A model generated the notes under the pieces. It was not told where the DNA came from. It saw only the letters and a program-made list of their open reading frames with translations, and did not search any database. Shown here one piece after another: positions 1-8,921 of a stretch of 64,000 bases of DNA (within the stretch, counting starts at the first letter, position 1; each line of letters starts with the position of its first letter). A program made the position numbers and the translations under genes. Source of the stretch: Candidatus Latescibacterota bacterium (lineage in GTDB: Bacteria; Latescibacterota; UBA2968; UBA8231); the NCBI GenBank assembly GCA_965197905.1, contig CBDAOB010000004.1, positions 608,001 through 672,000 of the forward strand, given 5' to 3'.

Positions 1-38
1 TCACCTGGCGTTTGTGTGAGAATTGCGCCCTGATATGT

Positions 39-1028
39 TTAGGCGTTGGCAATTGCCAGCAGGTTCAGACTGAATCGATGGCGTTCGTCGAACGATTGTT
101 CTTGGAGACGCAAACCAGCGCTAAGGGCAAGCTGCTCAATCTCCGCGAGGGAATATTTGTAGGAGTTTTCGGTGTGAATCCTTTCATCCTGGTCGAACCT
201 CACAGTACAGTCTAAGTCAGCTATGTGCACGACCTGAATCGTCTCACTCACGAGATACATCTCCACCCGTCCTTCCTCCTCGTTGTAGATCGCTTCGTGG
301 CGAAATCTTTTCGAATCGAACGTCCCACCTAGATCGCGGTTGATTCTATTCAGTATATTCACGTTGAACCGTGCGGTGACACCCTTGACATCGTCGTAGG
401 CCGCCTCCAGAACCTTCTTGTCTTTGCGCAGATCGATGCCGACCAAAAGGCGATCATCGGCTGACATGTACTGTTTTATGGACTCTATGAAGAGCGCCGC
501 CTCGCTACGTCCAAAGTTGCCAACGTTCGACCCCAGCCAAAGAATCAACTTCGGCCCGGAAACCAGTTGGTGGGCGCGCGCAAGACCCTCCCGGTACTCA
601 GCAGCGACGGGATTCACCTCGAGGTTTGGATAGTACTCCCGTAAATCTCTTGAGCTCTGTTCGAGAATCGTCGGGGAGATGTCGATCGGAACAAACTGGA
701 GATACTCTTGCTGTTCGATCAATGCCTCGATCAATATCCGCGTCTTTCGCGCACTGCCGCTGCCCAGCTCGAGCAGCGTAACGTCGCCTTGGAATCGAGC
801 AGCAATCTCGCCCGCATTGACCTCGAGGATCTCCTGCTCAGCGCGGGTAAGATAGTACTCAGGCAGGGCGCAGATCTCCTCGAATATCTTCGAGCCATAC
901 ACATCGTAAAAGAACCGACAAGACAACCGTTTGGGGGTCGCAGAAAGGCCTGTCCTAACATCCTCGGCGAACCCGTCAAGAGCTGGAGCGCTCGACGTTA
1001 GGTCAATCAGTTCGTTGCGGTGAGGCAT
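39..1028 (-). CDS. egtD: L-histidine N(alpha)-methyltransferase (ergothioneine biosynthesis)
   Basis: Motifs GLSATPKRLSCRFFYD..GSKIFEEICALPEYYLTRAE, LELGSGS, WLGSNVGN, AYDD..GVTARFN, IHTENSYKY. Start moved to the ATG at 1028 to avoid overlap with the upstream gene. Confidence 0.93.
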   Translation of the reverse strand: MPHRNELIDLTSSAPALDGFAEDVRTGLSATPKRLSCRFFYDVYGSKIFEEICALPEYYLTRAEQEILEVNAGEIAARFQGDVTLLELGSGSARKTRILIEALIEQQEYLQFVPIDISPTILEQSSRDLREYYPNLEVNPVAAEYREGLARAHQLVSGPKLILWLGSNVGNFGRSEAALFIESIKQYMSADDRLLVGIDLRKDKKVLEAAYDDVKGVTARFNVNILNRINRDLGGTFDSKRFRHEAIYNEEEGRVEMYLVSETIQVVHIADLDCTVRFDQDERIHTENSYKYSLAEIEQLALSAGLRLQEQSFDERHRFSLNLLAIANA

Positions 1029-1044
1029 CCAGACCGGAGTTCGA

Positions 1045-1395
1045 TCAGTCCAGGTTTTTGAAAGGCGCCGTGTGAACAAAATCTTCAACAATGTTGCCAC
1101 CGATCAGGTGTTCCTGAATGACCCGCTCCACTCGCTCCTCCGTCATGGAATGGTACCACACGCCCTCGGGGTATACCACCATCGTGGGACCGCTTTCGCA
1201 TACGCGAAGACAATCGGCCTTCGTCCGATGAATGCCTCCCTTCCTGGGATCACCGTAGCCGAGCTCCTTGAGTCGTTTCTTTAGATAGTCCCAGCACCTT
1301 GCCCCTGTGTCATCCTTGTGACATTTCGGTTTCGTCGGCGTAGCACAGAGGAAAACGTGCCTTTTTATTCCATCGTCGGTCGATCCGTTGGACAT
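1045..1395 (-). CDS. Thioredoxin-like [2Fe-2S] ferredoxin
   Basis: HVFLC..., TKADCLRVCESGPTMVVYPEGVWY, IQEHLIGG: typical of the thioredoxin-like 2Fe-2S ferredoxin family. Confidence 0.88.
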   Translation of the reverse strand: MSNGSTDDGIKRHVFLCATPTKPKCHKDDTGARCWDYLKKRLKELGYGDPRKGGIHRTKADCLRVCESGPTMVVYPEGVWYHSMTEERVERVIQEHLIGGNIVEDFVHTAPFKNLD

Positions 1396-1400
1396 GAGCC

Positions 1401-2741
1401 CTATTCTCGGCTTGGGGAGGAATGCGCCTCCAGATCGCGGTGGGTGTAACTTTTGCTCGACCCCTCCCCTTCGAAATCTGCCACCACATGGCCATCCCCT
1501 CGCACGATGTATTTGTAGATGGTCAAACCTTCGAGTCCGACGGGTCCGCGGCTGTGTATGCGGTTCGTGCTGATTCCCACCTCCGCCCCAAGACCGTAGC
1601 GAAACCCGTCCGCGAATCGGGTCGAAGCGTTCTGGATCACGGAGGCCGAATCGACCTTAGCAAAGAAGGTTCGTGCCGTTTCATCGTTCTCGGTGACGAT
1701 GGCATCGGTATGGTGACTTCCGTAGGTGTTGATATGGTTCACGGCTTCGTCCAAGTCATCTACCACTTTTATCGAAATGATGTAATCCAAGTATTCGCTG
1801 CACCAATCCTCCTCGGCGACGGGCCGAACGGCGCCGTTCGCTTGTGCCATTTGGATGGTGAGTTGATCCCCCCGAAGTTCGACGCCCGCCGCCTTCAAGG
1901 CCGGCACGGCTGTGGCGAGGAATTGTGGCGCAATGGACCTGTGAACGAGCAAGGTTTCGGCAGCATTACAAACCGCAACGTACTGGGTTTTGGAATCGAT
2001 GACGATCGGTAGCGCTTTCTCGAGATCCGCGTCGCGATCCACGAAAACATGGCACACCCCGTCAGCATGTCCCATGACCGGAATGCGCGTATTCTCCATG
2101 ATGTACTGCACGAACTCGTTTGAACCGCGGGGAATTATCAGGTCGACTTCACCAACTTGCCGCAGCAGCGATCTCACATCGTCACGAGTTTCGAGCAGAC
2201 CCAACCAGCCATTGGGAATACCTTCACCAGAGGTTGACTCCCGCACCAACTGTGCCAACGCCGCATTCGACAAGGCCGCTTCTCGCCCGCCCTTCAGGAG
2301 CACCGCATTCCCAGACTTCAGACAAAGCGATGCGATCTGTACCAGGGCATCTGGCCGCGATTCGAATATGACGCCGAGCACCCCGATGGGCACACTGATT
2401 CGGTAGAGATCCAGTCCGCTGGCAAGCTCGGTCGCCCGTTGCGTCTCTCCGAGTGGATCGCGCTGTTTCCGGACGCTGTCTACAACATCCAGCAGGATCT
2501 CGAATTTGGATCCCTGCAAACTCAGGCGTTTCAGCAACGGCTCGCCAAGTTCACCTGCTGCCACCATTTTTTCGGCCGCCTCGAGATCCTTGGCGTTGGC
2601 CGACAAAATGTTGTCACGCTCGCCGTCGATAGCCGCCGCAAGGCGATCCAAAGCCTCGTTGCGCTGAGCCTCGGTGGCAGTAGCAAGGATTCGCGCGGCA
2701 CGCCTGGCGCCCGAAGCCAGTTCTCCTACTGATGAGGTCAC
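1401..2741 (-). CDS. proA: Gamma-glutamyl phosphate reductase
   Basis: VPIGVLGVIFESRP, LKSGNAVLLKGG, VCNAAETLL, NASTRFADGFRYGLGAEVGIST..HSRGPVGL. Confidence 0.96.
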   Translation of the reverse strand: MTSSVGELASGARRAARILATATEAQRNEALDRLAAAIDGERDNILSANAKDLEAAEKMVAAGELGEPLLKRLSLQGSKFEILLDVVDSVRKQRDPLGETQRATELASGLDLYRISVPIGVLGVIFESRPDALVQIASLCLKSGNAVLLKGGREAALSNAALAQLVRESTSGEGIPNGWLGLLETRDDVRSLLRQVGEVDLIIPRGSNEFVQYIMENTRIPVMGHADGVCHVFVDRDADLEKALPIVIDSKTQYVAVCNAAETLLVHRSIAPQFLATAVPALKAAGVELRGDQLTIQMAQANGAVRPVAEEDWCSEYLDYIISIKVVDDLDEAVNHINTYGSHHTDAIVTENDETARTFFAKVDSASVIQNASTRFADGFRYGLGAEVGISTNRIHSRGPVGLEGLTIYKYIVRGDGHVVADFEGEGSSKSYTHRDLEAHSSPSRE

Positions 2742-2742
2742 G

Positions 2743-4650
2743 TTAAAGATCCTTCACTCTCAACTCAGTGGCGGCAGCCAAGACCTTGGAGAGGGTCTTG
2801 GTAACCTGCTGTGGTTCTGACACCGTTCCTTCTCCGATCAGGACGTAGTCAACCAGCAAATGAGCCCATTCCTTCAACTCTTCCGAATCGCGGTTCACGG
2901 TGAGAATCTCCCCCATATTGCGGAGGATAGCATGGGTAGGATTAATCTCCAGTAAACGCTTGGTCGCCTCGAATTCGCGGTCGGCAGCCTGCATCAGGCG
3001 TTCGATATTGCGGCTCATTCCGCCCTTCGGGGTCACCAGCACGCATGGACTACCTGTCAGGCGCGTTGACTCCTTGACGTCGGACACGCGCTCCGCCAAC
3101 TCCTTCTTCAGGAAGTCGATCAATTCTATGGTCTGTTCTTTGTGCTGCTCGACACCCTCGAGTTTCACTTTCTTGTCGCCCAGATCCAGGTCCTCGTCAT
3201 CTATCGCTTTTAGCCGCTTGTTGTCGAATTCCGGAAGGGCGTTCACGACCCATTCATCCACCGGATCGCCGAGGTATAGTACCTCCAGACTGCGCTCGCG
3301 AAATGTCTCCAGCAGGGGGCTTTGGGCCACGGCCTCGGCGCTTTCACCAGTCAGGTAGAAGATCTCCTCCTGCTCGCTCTGCATACGATCGACGTACTCC
3401 TGAAGCGTCACGGTATCTTCAACCTTGTCGCTCAAAGACGAGGGAAAACGCAGCAGTGCTGCCACCTTGTCTTTATTCTCGAAATCCATGGCGACACCCT
3501 CTTTGAGGACCATTCCGTACGCTTGCCAAAACTTCTCGTACTCCTCCGGTCTGTTCTTCGCCATGTCTTCGAGCATGCCGAGGATTCGGCGCACCAGGGT
3601 AGTGCGGATCTTCGCGACCACGGGATTGTGTTGTAGGGTTTCACGCGACACGTTGAGTGGCAGATCGTCGCAGTCCACCGTACCTCGAATGAAGCGCAGG
3701 TACAGCGGCACCAGCTCCTTGCAGTCGTCTTGAATAAAGACCCGGCGGACGTAGAGATTGAGCGACACCTTCGGCTCGGGACTGAACAGAAAGTTCATCG
3801 GAGCCTGTTTCGGAATGTATAGAATACTGTAGAACTGGATCGGCACGTCTACGACGATATGTTCGTACGCCAACGGCTTGTCCGGATCGCCGGTGAGGTG
3901 GGTAAAGAATTCCTCATACTGCGCATCGGTGATTTCGGATCGAGGACGAGTCCAGATTGCCGCCGTGTCGTTGGCCTGCTTGCCCGCTACCTTGATCGGA
4001 TACGCCACGAAGTCCGAGTGCCGTCTGATGATATCTTCGAGGCGGTGGGCGTCGAGATACTCTTCGCAGTCGCTGCGCACATAGATTTTGATCTCGGTGC
4101 CTCTGTCAGCCTTGTCGGTCGCGGATATCGTGTAGGTCCCTGCCCCAGTCGATTCCCACTGGATTGCTTCGGCGTCTTTGTCCGCGCTGCGCGTATTCAC
4201 GACAACCCGCTCGGCGATCATGAAAACGGAATAAAACCCAACGCCGAATTGACCGATCAGCTGCATTTTCTGGTTCTCATCTTCTTCCTTGAGTTGGGAG
4301 ATCTGTTTGAGAAACTCGGCTGAACCGGAGTGGGCAATCGTACCGATATTTTCGTTGACCTCGTCTCGAGTCATGCCGATACCAGAGTCTCTGATCGTCA
4401 ACGTCTTGGCATTCTTGTTGACCTCGATCTCAATTTCCAAGGGGGCATTGGGATCGGCGATATTGTGATCGGTGAGCGAGCGAAAATGCACCTTGTCCAA
4501 GGCATCAGACGCGTTGGAAATAAGCTCTCGGACAAACACCTCCGAATGGGTGTACAGAGAGTGAATGAGAATCTGCAGTAACTGTTGAACTTCGGTCTGA
4601 AAAGCCCGCTCCTCGGCCCCCTCTTCCCGTTCCGCTGAATCACCTGACAT
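2743..4650 (-). CDS. htpG: Chaperone HtpG (Hsp90)
   Basis: FQTEVQQLLQILIHSLY, RELISNASDALDK, IGQFGVGFYS, LPLNVSRETLQ. Confidence 0.97.
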   Translation of the reverse strand: MSGDSAEREEGAEERAFQTEVQQLLQILIHSLYTHSEVFVRELISNASDALDKVHFRSLTDHNIADPNAPLEIEIEVNKNAKTLTIRDSGIGMTRDEVNENIGTIAHSGSAEFLKQISQLKEEDENQKMQLIGQFGVGFYSVFMIAERVVVNTRSADKDAEAIQWESTGAGTYTISATDKADRGTEIKIYVRSDCEEYLDAHRLEDIIRRHSDFVAYPIKVAGKQANDTAAIWTRPRSEITDAQYEEFFTHLTGDPDKPLAYEHIVVDVPIQFYSILYIPKQAPMNFLFSPEPKVSLNLYVRRVFIQDDCKELVPLYLRFIRGTVDCDDLPLNVSRETLQHNPVVAKIRTTLVRRILGMLEDMAKNRPEEYEKFWQAYGMVLKEGVAMDFENKDKVAALLRFPSSLSDKVEDTVTLQEYVDRMQSEQEEIFYLTGESAEAVAQSPLLETFRERSLEVLYLGDPVDEWVVNALPEFDNKRLKAIDDEDLDLGDKKVKLEGVEQHKEQTIELIDFLKKELAERVSDVKESTRLTGSPCVLVTPKGGMSRNIERLMQAADREFEATKRLLEINPTHAILRNMGEILTVNRDSEELKEWAHLLVDYVLIGEGTVSEPQQVTKTLSKVLAAATELRVKDL

Positions 4651-4788
4651 CGGTGTTTTGCTCCCTCGATCTGAAGATTTACTTTTTCATAACTTAGTGT
4701 CGCTTAGTGAGTTAACAATGTACTAAAGCGTTTGACGTTGGCAAGTGCGCCTTGTCCGGCGAACTCCGAACCGTATCTTGTGAAAGCC

Positions 4789-6051
4789 ATGATTCAAGCT
4801 CCCGACGATGTTTACGACCTGATTATCGTAGGCGGTGGTCCGGCCGGCGCCATCGCCGCTATCTACGCCGAAAAGCGAGGGTTGACGACCCTGCTATTGG
4901 AGAAAGAACGCTTTCCCCGAGACAAGATATGCGGTGACGCGCTCTCTGGGAAAGCGATCGCCATACTGCACGAGCTCGACCTGCTTGAGGAGGTCAAGCA
5001 CCTTCCCGGAGCCACGATACGGCATGTCGTTTTTGGCAGCGCGGAGCATCAGGATGCGGACATCGATTTGAAGCGCCACGGCTACCGCGACAACCTGACC
5101 GGCGCCACGTTTCCCGGCCTCGGTTTTGTAATCCGTAGACAGATCTTCGACAATTTCCTTTTCCAAAAGGCGCGCAACAAGGTCGGAAAGTGCGTCGAGG
5201 AATTCGCGGTAGATGAGCTGGTCTACGACGACAGTTGCGATCAGCAGGTGGTGCGAGGTCGAAGCCGCGATTCGGATCTACAAACCGAGTTCCGAGGGCG
5301 TATCGTTCTCGGTTGCGATGGTTTCAACTCGGTTGTCGCCCGGCAATGCGGATTGTACCGACATGAGAGCCGCCATTGGGTTGTGGCACTGCGCTGCTAC
5401 TATGAGAAGGTCGAAGACCTGACTGACCAGATCGAGCTGCATTTTGTCGACGCCGTTCGCCCCGGATATTTCTGGATATTCCCGCTCGAGGAGGGATGTG
5501 CCAACGTCGGTATCGGTTGTGTGCACAAGACGTTGAAGCGCAAGGGTATCAAATTGAAGGAGGCCCTCGCCTCGACCATCGAAAGTCCGGAATTTCGCTC
5601 GCGATTCGCTAATGCCCGCCGTTTGGAGGAGCCGATTGGGTGGAATCTTCCAGTGGGCAGCAAACGGAGAAAGATTCACGACCGCAGCGTGATGCTGTTG
5701 GGCGATGCGGCCTCCCTCATCGATCCGTTTACCGGAGAGGGCATCGGCAACGCCCTTTATTCCGCCCGTTTCGCGGTTGAAACGGCGGTAGCCGCGCTTG
5801 GAGCCGGTGACTGCAGCGCGCAGTTTCTAAAGCGGTACGAGGATGGGCTCTGGAGCGAATTGGGAGACGAGTTGCTGGTAAGCACTCGCATGCAACAGCT
5901 GGGTCGTATCCGGCCGCTGCTCAATTTCGTGATTCGCAAAGCTGCAAAAAATCCGGCGGTGGGCGACCTCATCGGCGGCATGATTGCCAATTCGGTACCC
6001 AAGAAGGCTCTAACCGGTCCGCGGTTCTACCTCAACCTCTTGCTGAGATGA
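4789..6051 (+). CDS. Geranylgeranyl reductase-family FAD-dependent oxidoreductase
   Basis: IIVGGGPAG, FPRDKICGD, GYFWIFP, LLGDAASLIDPFTGEGIGNA. Start taken at ATG 4789. Confidence 0.88.
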   Translation: MIQAPDDVYDLIIVGGGPAGAIAAIYAEKRGLTTLLLEKERFPRDKICGDALSGKAIAILHELDLLEEVKHLPGATIRHVVFGSAEHQDADIDLKRHGYRDNLTGATFPGLGFVIRRQIFDNFLFQKARNKVGKCVEEFAVDELVYDDSCDQQVVRGRSRDSDLQTEFRGRIVLGCDGFNSVVARQCGLYRHESRHWVVALRCYYEKVEDLTDQIELHFVDAVRPGYFWIFPLEEGCANVGIGCVHKTLKRKGIKLKEALASTIESPEFRSRFANARRLEEPIGWNLPVGSKRRKIHDRSVMLLGDAASLIDPFTGEGIGNALYSARFAVETAVAALGAGDCSAQFLKRYEDGLWSELGDELLVSTRMQQLGRIRPLLNFVIRKAAKNPAVGDLIGGMIANSVPKKALTGPRFYLNLLLR

Positions 6052-6852
6052 CTATATCGACGTGGCCAGAAAACCACCGTCGACCTTGATGTCGGAACCG
6101 GTAACGAATCCGCTCGCCTCCCTGCAGGCTAGAAAAACCGCGGCACCCACCAGTTCACCAGGATCCCCGAATCTCGCCATCGGCGTGCGTTTCAGGATTT
6201 CCTCAGCTCTCGGGGTCGGCGTCCCATCCTCGTTGAAGAGCAGGCGACGGTTCTGTTCACCTGGGAAAAACCCGGGGACGATGGCGTTTACCCGGACGCC
6301 CGTATCTCCCCATTCGCGGGCGAGAAATTTAGTGACGCTTAAGACCCCTGCCTTCGCTGCCGAATACGCCACGACCCGCGACAGCGGTTCGTAAGAGGAC
6401 ACGGAGGCAATATTGATTATGGATCCGCTGCCTTCCGCGATCATCGTCGGCCCGAATACCTGACAGGGAAGCAGAACGCCGGCAGCGAGATTGAGATCAA
6501 AATTTCTACGCCATGCCTCCAACTGTATTCCTTCGAACGGCAACTCCGGCGTCACCGTCACACCCGGCTCGTTCCCGCCGGTGGCGTTGACCAGGATAGT
6601 GGCCGCTGCGAACCGCTGGTGAACCTCGGCGTGAGCCGCTACTACCGCGGCGAGCTCGAGGGCATCGTAGCTGATGAAACAAGCCTCACCACCAACGCCC
6701 TCGATGGAGTTTACGCGGTCGGCGCCCCGCTCCTCACTGCGGCCCAATACGGCTACCCGGGCTCCCGCTTCTGCCAAACCCTGTGCCATCGCGCCGCCCA
6801 GCGCACCCGTACCGCCAAACACCACCGCAACCTCGCCGCTTAGATCAAACAT
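6052..6852 (-). CDS. SDR oxidoreductase (D-mannonate/fructuronate reductase-like)
   Basis: VFGGTGALG, YSAAK catalytic motif, RVNAIVPGFFPGEQNRRLL, VDGGF. Start taken at ATG 6852. Confidence 0.85.
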   Translation of the reverse strand: MFDLSGEVAVVFGGTGALGGAMAQGLAEAGARVAVLGRSEERGADRVNSIEGVGGEACFISYDALELAAVVAAHAEVHQRFAAATILVNATGGNEPGVTVTPELPFEGIQLEAWRRNFDLNLAAGVLLPCQVFGPTMIAEGSGSIINIASVSSYEPLSRVVAYSAAKAGVLSVTKFLAREWGDTGVRVNAIVPGFFPGEQNRRLLFNEDGTPTPRAEEILKRTPMARFGDPGELVGAAVFLACREASGFVTGSDIKVDGGFLATSI

Positions 6853-6871
6853 GGTCACGATCCGTTCCCAT

Positions 6872-7591
6872 TCAGTACCCGAGCCTATGTGACAGCAGCC
6901 CAATACATCCGCCGAATACGTTGCCCCACACGATCAACCATCCAAGATGCTGGCGCATGACATCCTCCATCATTCGTTTTACGGCCTCGGGCGTCAACTC
7001 CTTGAGCTTCGCCTCCAGCAGTTGATTGACTTGCTCGCGCAGCGCCCCCACTTCCACACCCGGTCGGGCGAATTCATTTGCAATCAGAGGAGCTACGTCT
7101 TCGCCCATGCCACTGAGAAAACGTTTGACCAGGGGTTTGACCGTTTCCGTGCCGACCATCTTCAATATCATTCCGGCCGGCGTTTGCTGCATCTCCTGCA
7201 ACTTGCGCTCGATGATCGCGTCCACCTCGTCCGATTCAAGGATCGCCACCAGTCTGGATCCCAGATTCTCGTCGTGGGAGATCGTTTCGAGCCGTTCGGC
7301 GAAGAATCGGGATAGATACTCCTCGTCGAAGAAGTGTACCATTATCAAGTCCTTGACCGTCTCCCGAATCTCGCGGAAACGGCTTGGAATCACACCGGAA
7401 CCGTACAGCAGCGGGATACGATCAAACAACATTTTGACCGCCAGCCAGTTCGTGACCCCCCCAGCAAACCCGAAGAGGCCAGCCGCTACAAGCCATTCCG
7501 CCCATGGGTACTGACGCGAGGCGACCAAACTCCCGATGAGGACGGTGCCCGAAATCCAGTTCGAGACTCTGCCCTTGTCGAAAAAACTCAC
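6872..7591 (-). CDS. DUF445-family membrane protein
   Basis: GGVTNWLAVKMLF..IP.LYGSGVIP N-terminal motif and C-terminal HLGWLIVWGNVFGG. Confidence 0.85.
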   Translation of the reverse strand: MSFFDKGRVSNWISGTVLIGSLVASRQYPWAEWLVAAGLFGFAGGVTNWLAVKMLFDRIPLLYGSGVIPSRFREIRETVKDLIMVHFFDEEYLSRFFAERLETISHDENLGSRLVAILESDEVDAIIERKLQEMQQTPAGMILKMVGTETVKPLVKRFLSGMGEDVAPLIANEFARPGVEVGALREQVNQLLEAKLKELTPEAVKRMMEDVMRQHLGWLIVWGNVFGGCIGLLSHRLGY

Positions 7592-7636
7592 GCGCGTTTC
7601 CGTGTTCCGTATGCTAAGAGTCGAGATAGAGAGGAC

Positions 7637-8743
7637 CTAGAGCGAAGAGCGGTTCTGCCGCCTGTCTTCCCGCCGTTCCAGTGCCAGTTGAATCAGTCGA
7701 TCGATGAGCTCGCCGTACTCAAGACCGCTGGCCTGCCACAATTTGGGGTACATGCTGATCGGGGTAAAACCCGGGATCGTGTTGATCTCATTGACGTAGA
7801 CCTCGGACTCGTCCGCCGAGACGAAAAAATCAACGCGGGCCATGCCCGCGGCGTCCACGGCGCGAAAAGCCTCTACCGACAATCGTCGGACATGGTCCGA
7901 GGTGCGTTCCGACAGCGTCGCCGGTATGATCAAATCCGAGTTGTCGTCAAGATACTTGGCGTTATAGTCGTAGAACTCGTTGCCCGGTACGATTTCTCCG
8001 AGTACAGAGGTTTTCGGGTCCTCATTGCCCAAAACGGCGCATTCGACCTCGCGGCAGTCCGCGGCATTCGCCTCCACCAGAATCTTGGTATCGTAGCTGG
8101 CAGCTTCGTCCATGCCATCCTTTAGCTCGGCAGGTTCGTGGACCTTCGTGATGCCCACACTCGATCCCAGGTTGGCAGGTTTCACGAAAACCGGATAATT
8201 GAGCACTGCTTCGATCTCCCGTTGGACTTGCATCGGTTCCTGACGCCAACGACCCCTGAGAAAAACGAGATAGGGCAGTTGCTGCAACCCTTCGGCGCGG
8301 AAAACCCGTTTCATCAGCTCCTTGTCCATGGAAACCGCAGAGCCACCCACGCCGGCGCCGACGTAGGCGACGCCGGCAAGTTCCAACAAACCCTGCACAG
8401 TCCCGTCTTCGCCGTACGGACCATGGAGGATCGGAAAAACAACGTCCACGGGCCGGTTTCGGCCGCCGTCGAGCACGCTGCCGTTGGTGACGATCAGGTC
8501 GCTGGTGCCTGGATAATCCAATAGAACCGGTACGAGGTCGTCACCTTGAACGGTTCCCGCAGACAGCACCTTCTGCGCGTCGCCGGCCAACAGCCAGTCC
8601 CCCTCCTTGGAAATTCCTATCATCGTCACGTCGTATTTTTCGGAGTCGATGGCCTCCAACACGGAGCGCGCCGAGGTCACCGAAACTTCGTGCTCGCAGG
8701 ATCTGCCTCCAAAGAGAACACAGACGCGGATCTTTTCTGGCAT
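7637..8743 (-). CDS. ddl: D-alanine--D-alanine ligase
   Basis: FGGRSCEHEVS, LHGPYGEDGTVQG, KPANLGSSVG, FYDYNAKY, NEINTIPGFT. Confidence 0.97.
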   Translation of the reverse strand: MPEKIRVCVLFGGRSCEHEVSVTSARSVLEAIDSEKYDVTMIGISKEGDWLLAGDAQKVLSAGTVQGDDLVPVLLDYPGTSDLIVTNGSVLDGGRNRPVDVVFPILHGPYGEDGTVQGLLELAGVAYVGAGVGGSAVSMDKELMKRVFRAEGLQQLPYLVFLRGRWRQEPMQVQREIEAVLNYPVFVKPANLGSSVGITKVHEPAELKDGMDEAASYDTKILVEANAADCREVECAVLGNEDPKTSVLGEIVPGNEFYDYNAKYLDDNSDLIIPATLSERTSDHVRRLSVEAFRAVDAAGMARVDFFVSADESEVYVNEINTIPGFTPISMYPKLWQASGLEYGELIDRLIQLALERREDRRQNRSSL

Positions 8744-8844
8744 GAAGAAACCTTTTGGTTCTGCTCTACTAAGGAGGAAACCGATCGGGAAGAGGGCTAT
8801 TTACAAATATATTTGGGCCTTCAAACGGTGTCCATGCGATTGTC

Positions 8845-8873
8845 TTGCCGCGCCGCAGGCGCTGTGGTAATAT
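8845..8873 (+). promoter_or_regulatory. Putative sigma-70-type promoter
   Basis: TTGCCG-N17-TAATAT with an extended -10 TG, about 50 nt upstream of the 8922 start. Confidence 0.45.
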
Positions 8874-8921
8874 CTACCCCTCCTGGAAAAACCCACTCCT
8901 AACCTCCGAGGACGGCACTCC

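Noticed and set aside
4693..4727. CIRCE element upstream of htpG
   Set aside because: The TTAG...CTAA arms span 23 bp, not the 27-bp TTAGCACTC-N9-GAGTGCTAA, and the inner bases do not match
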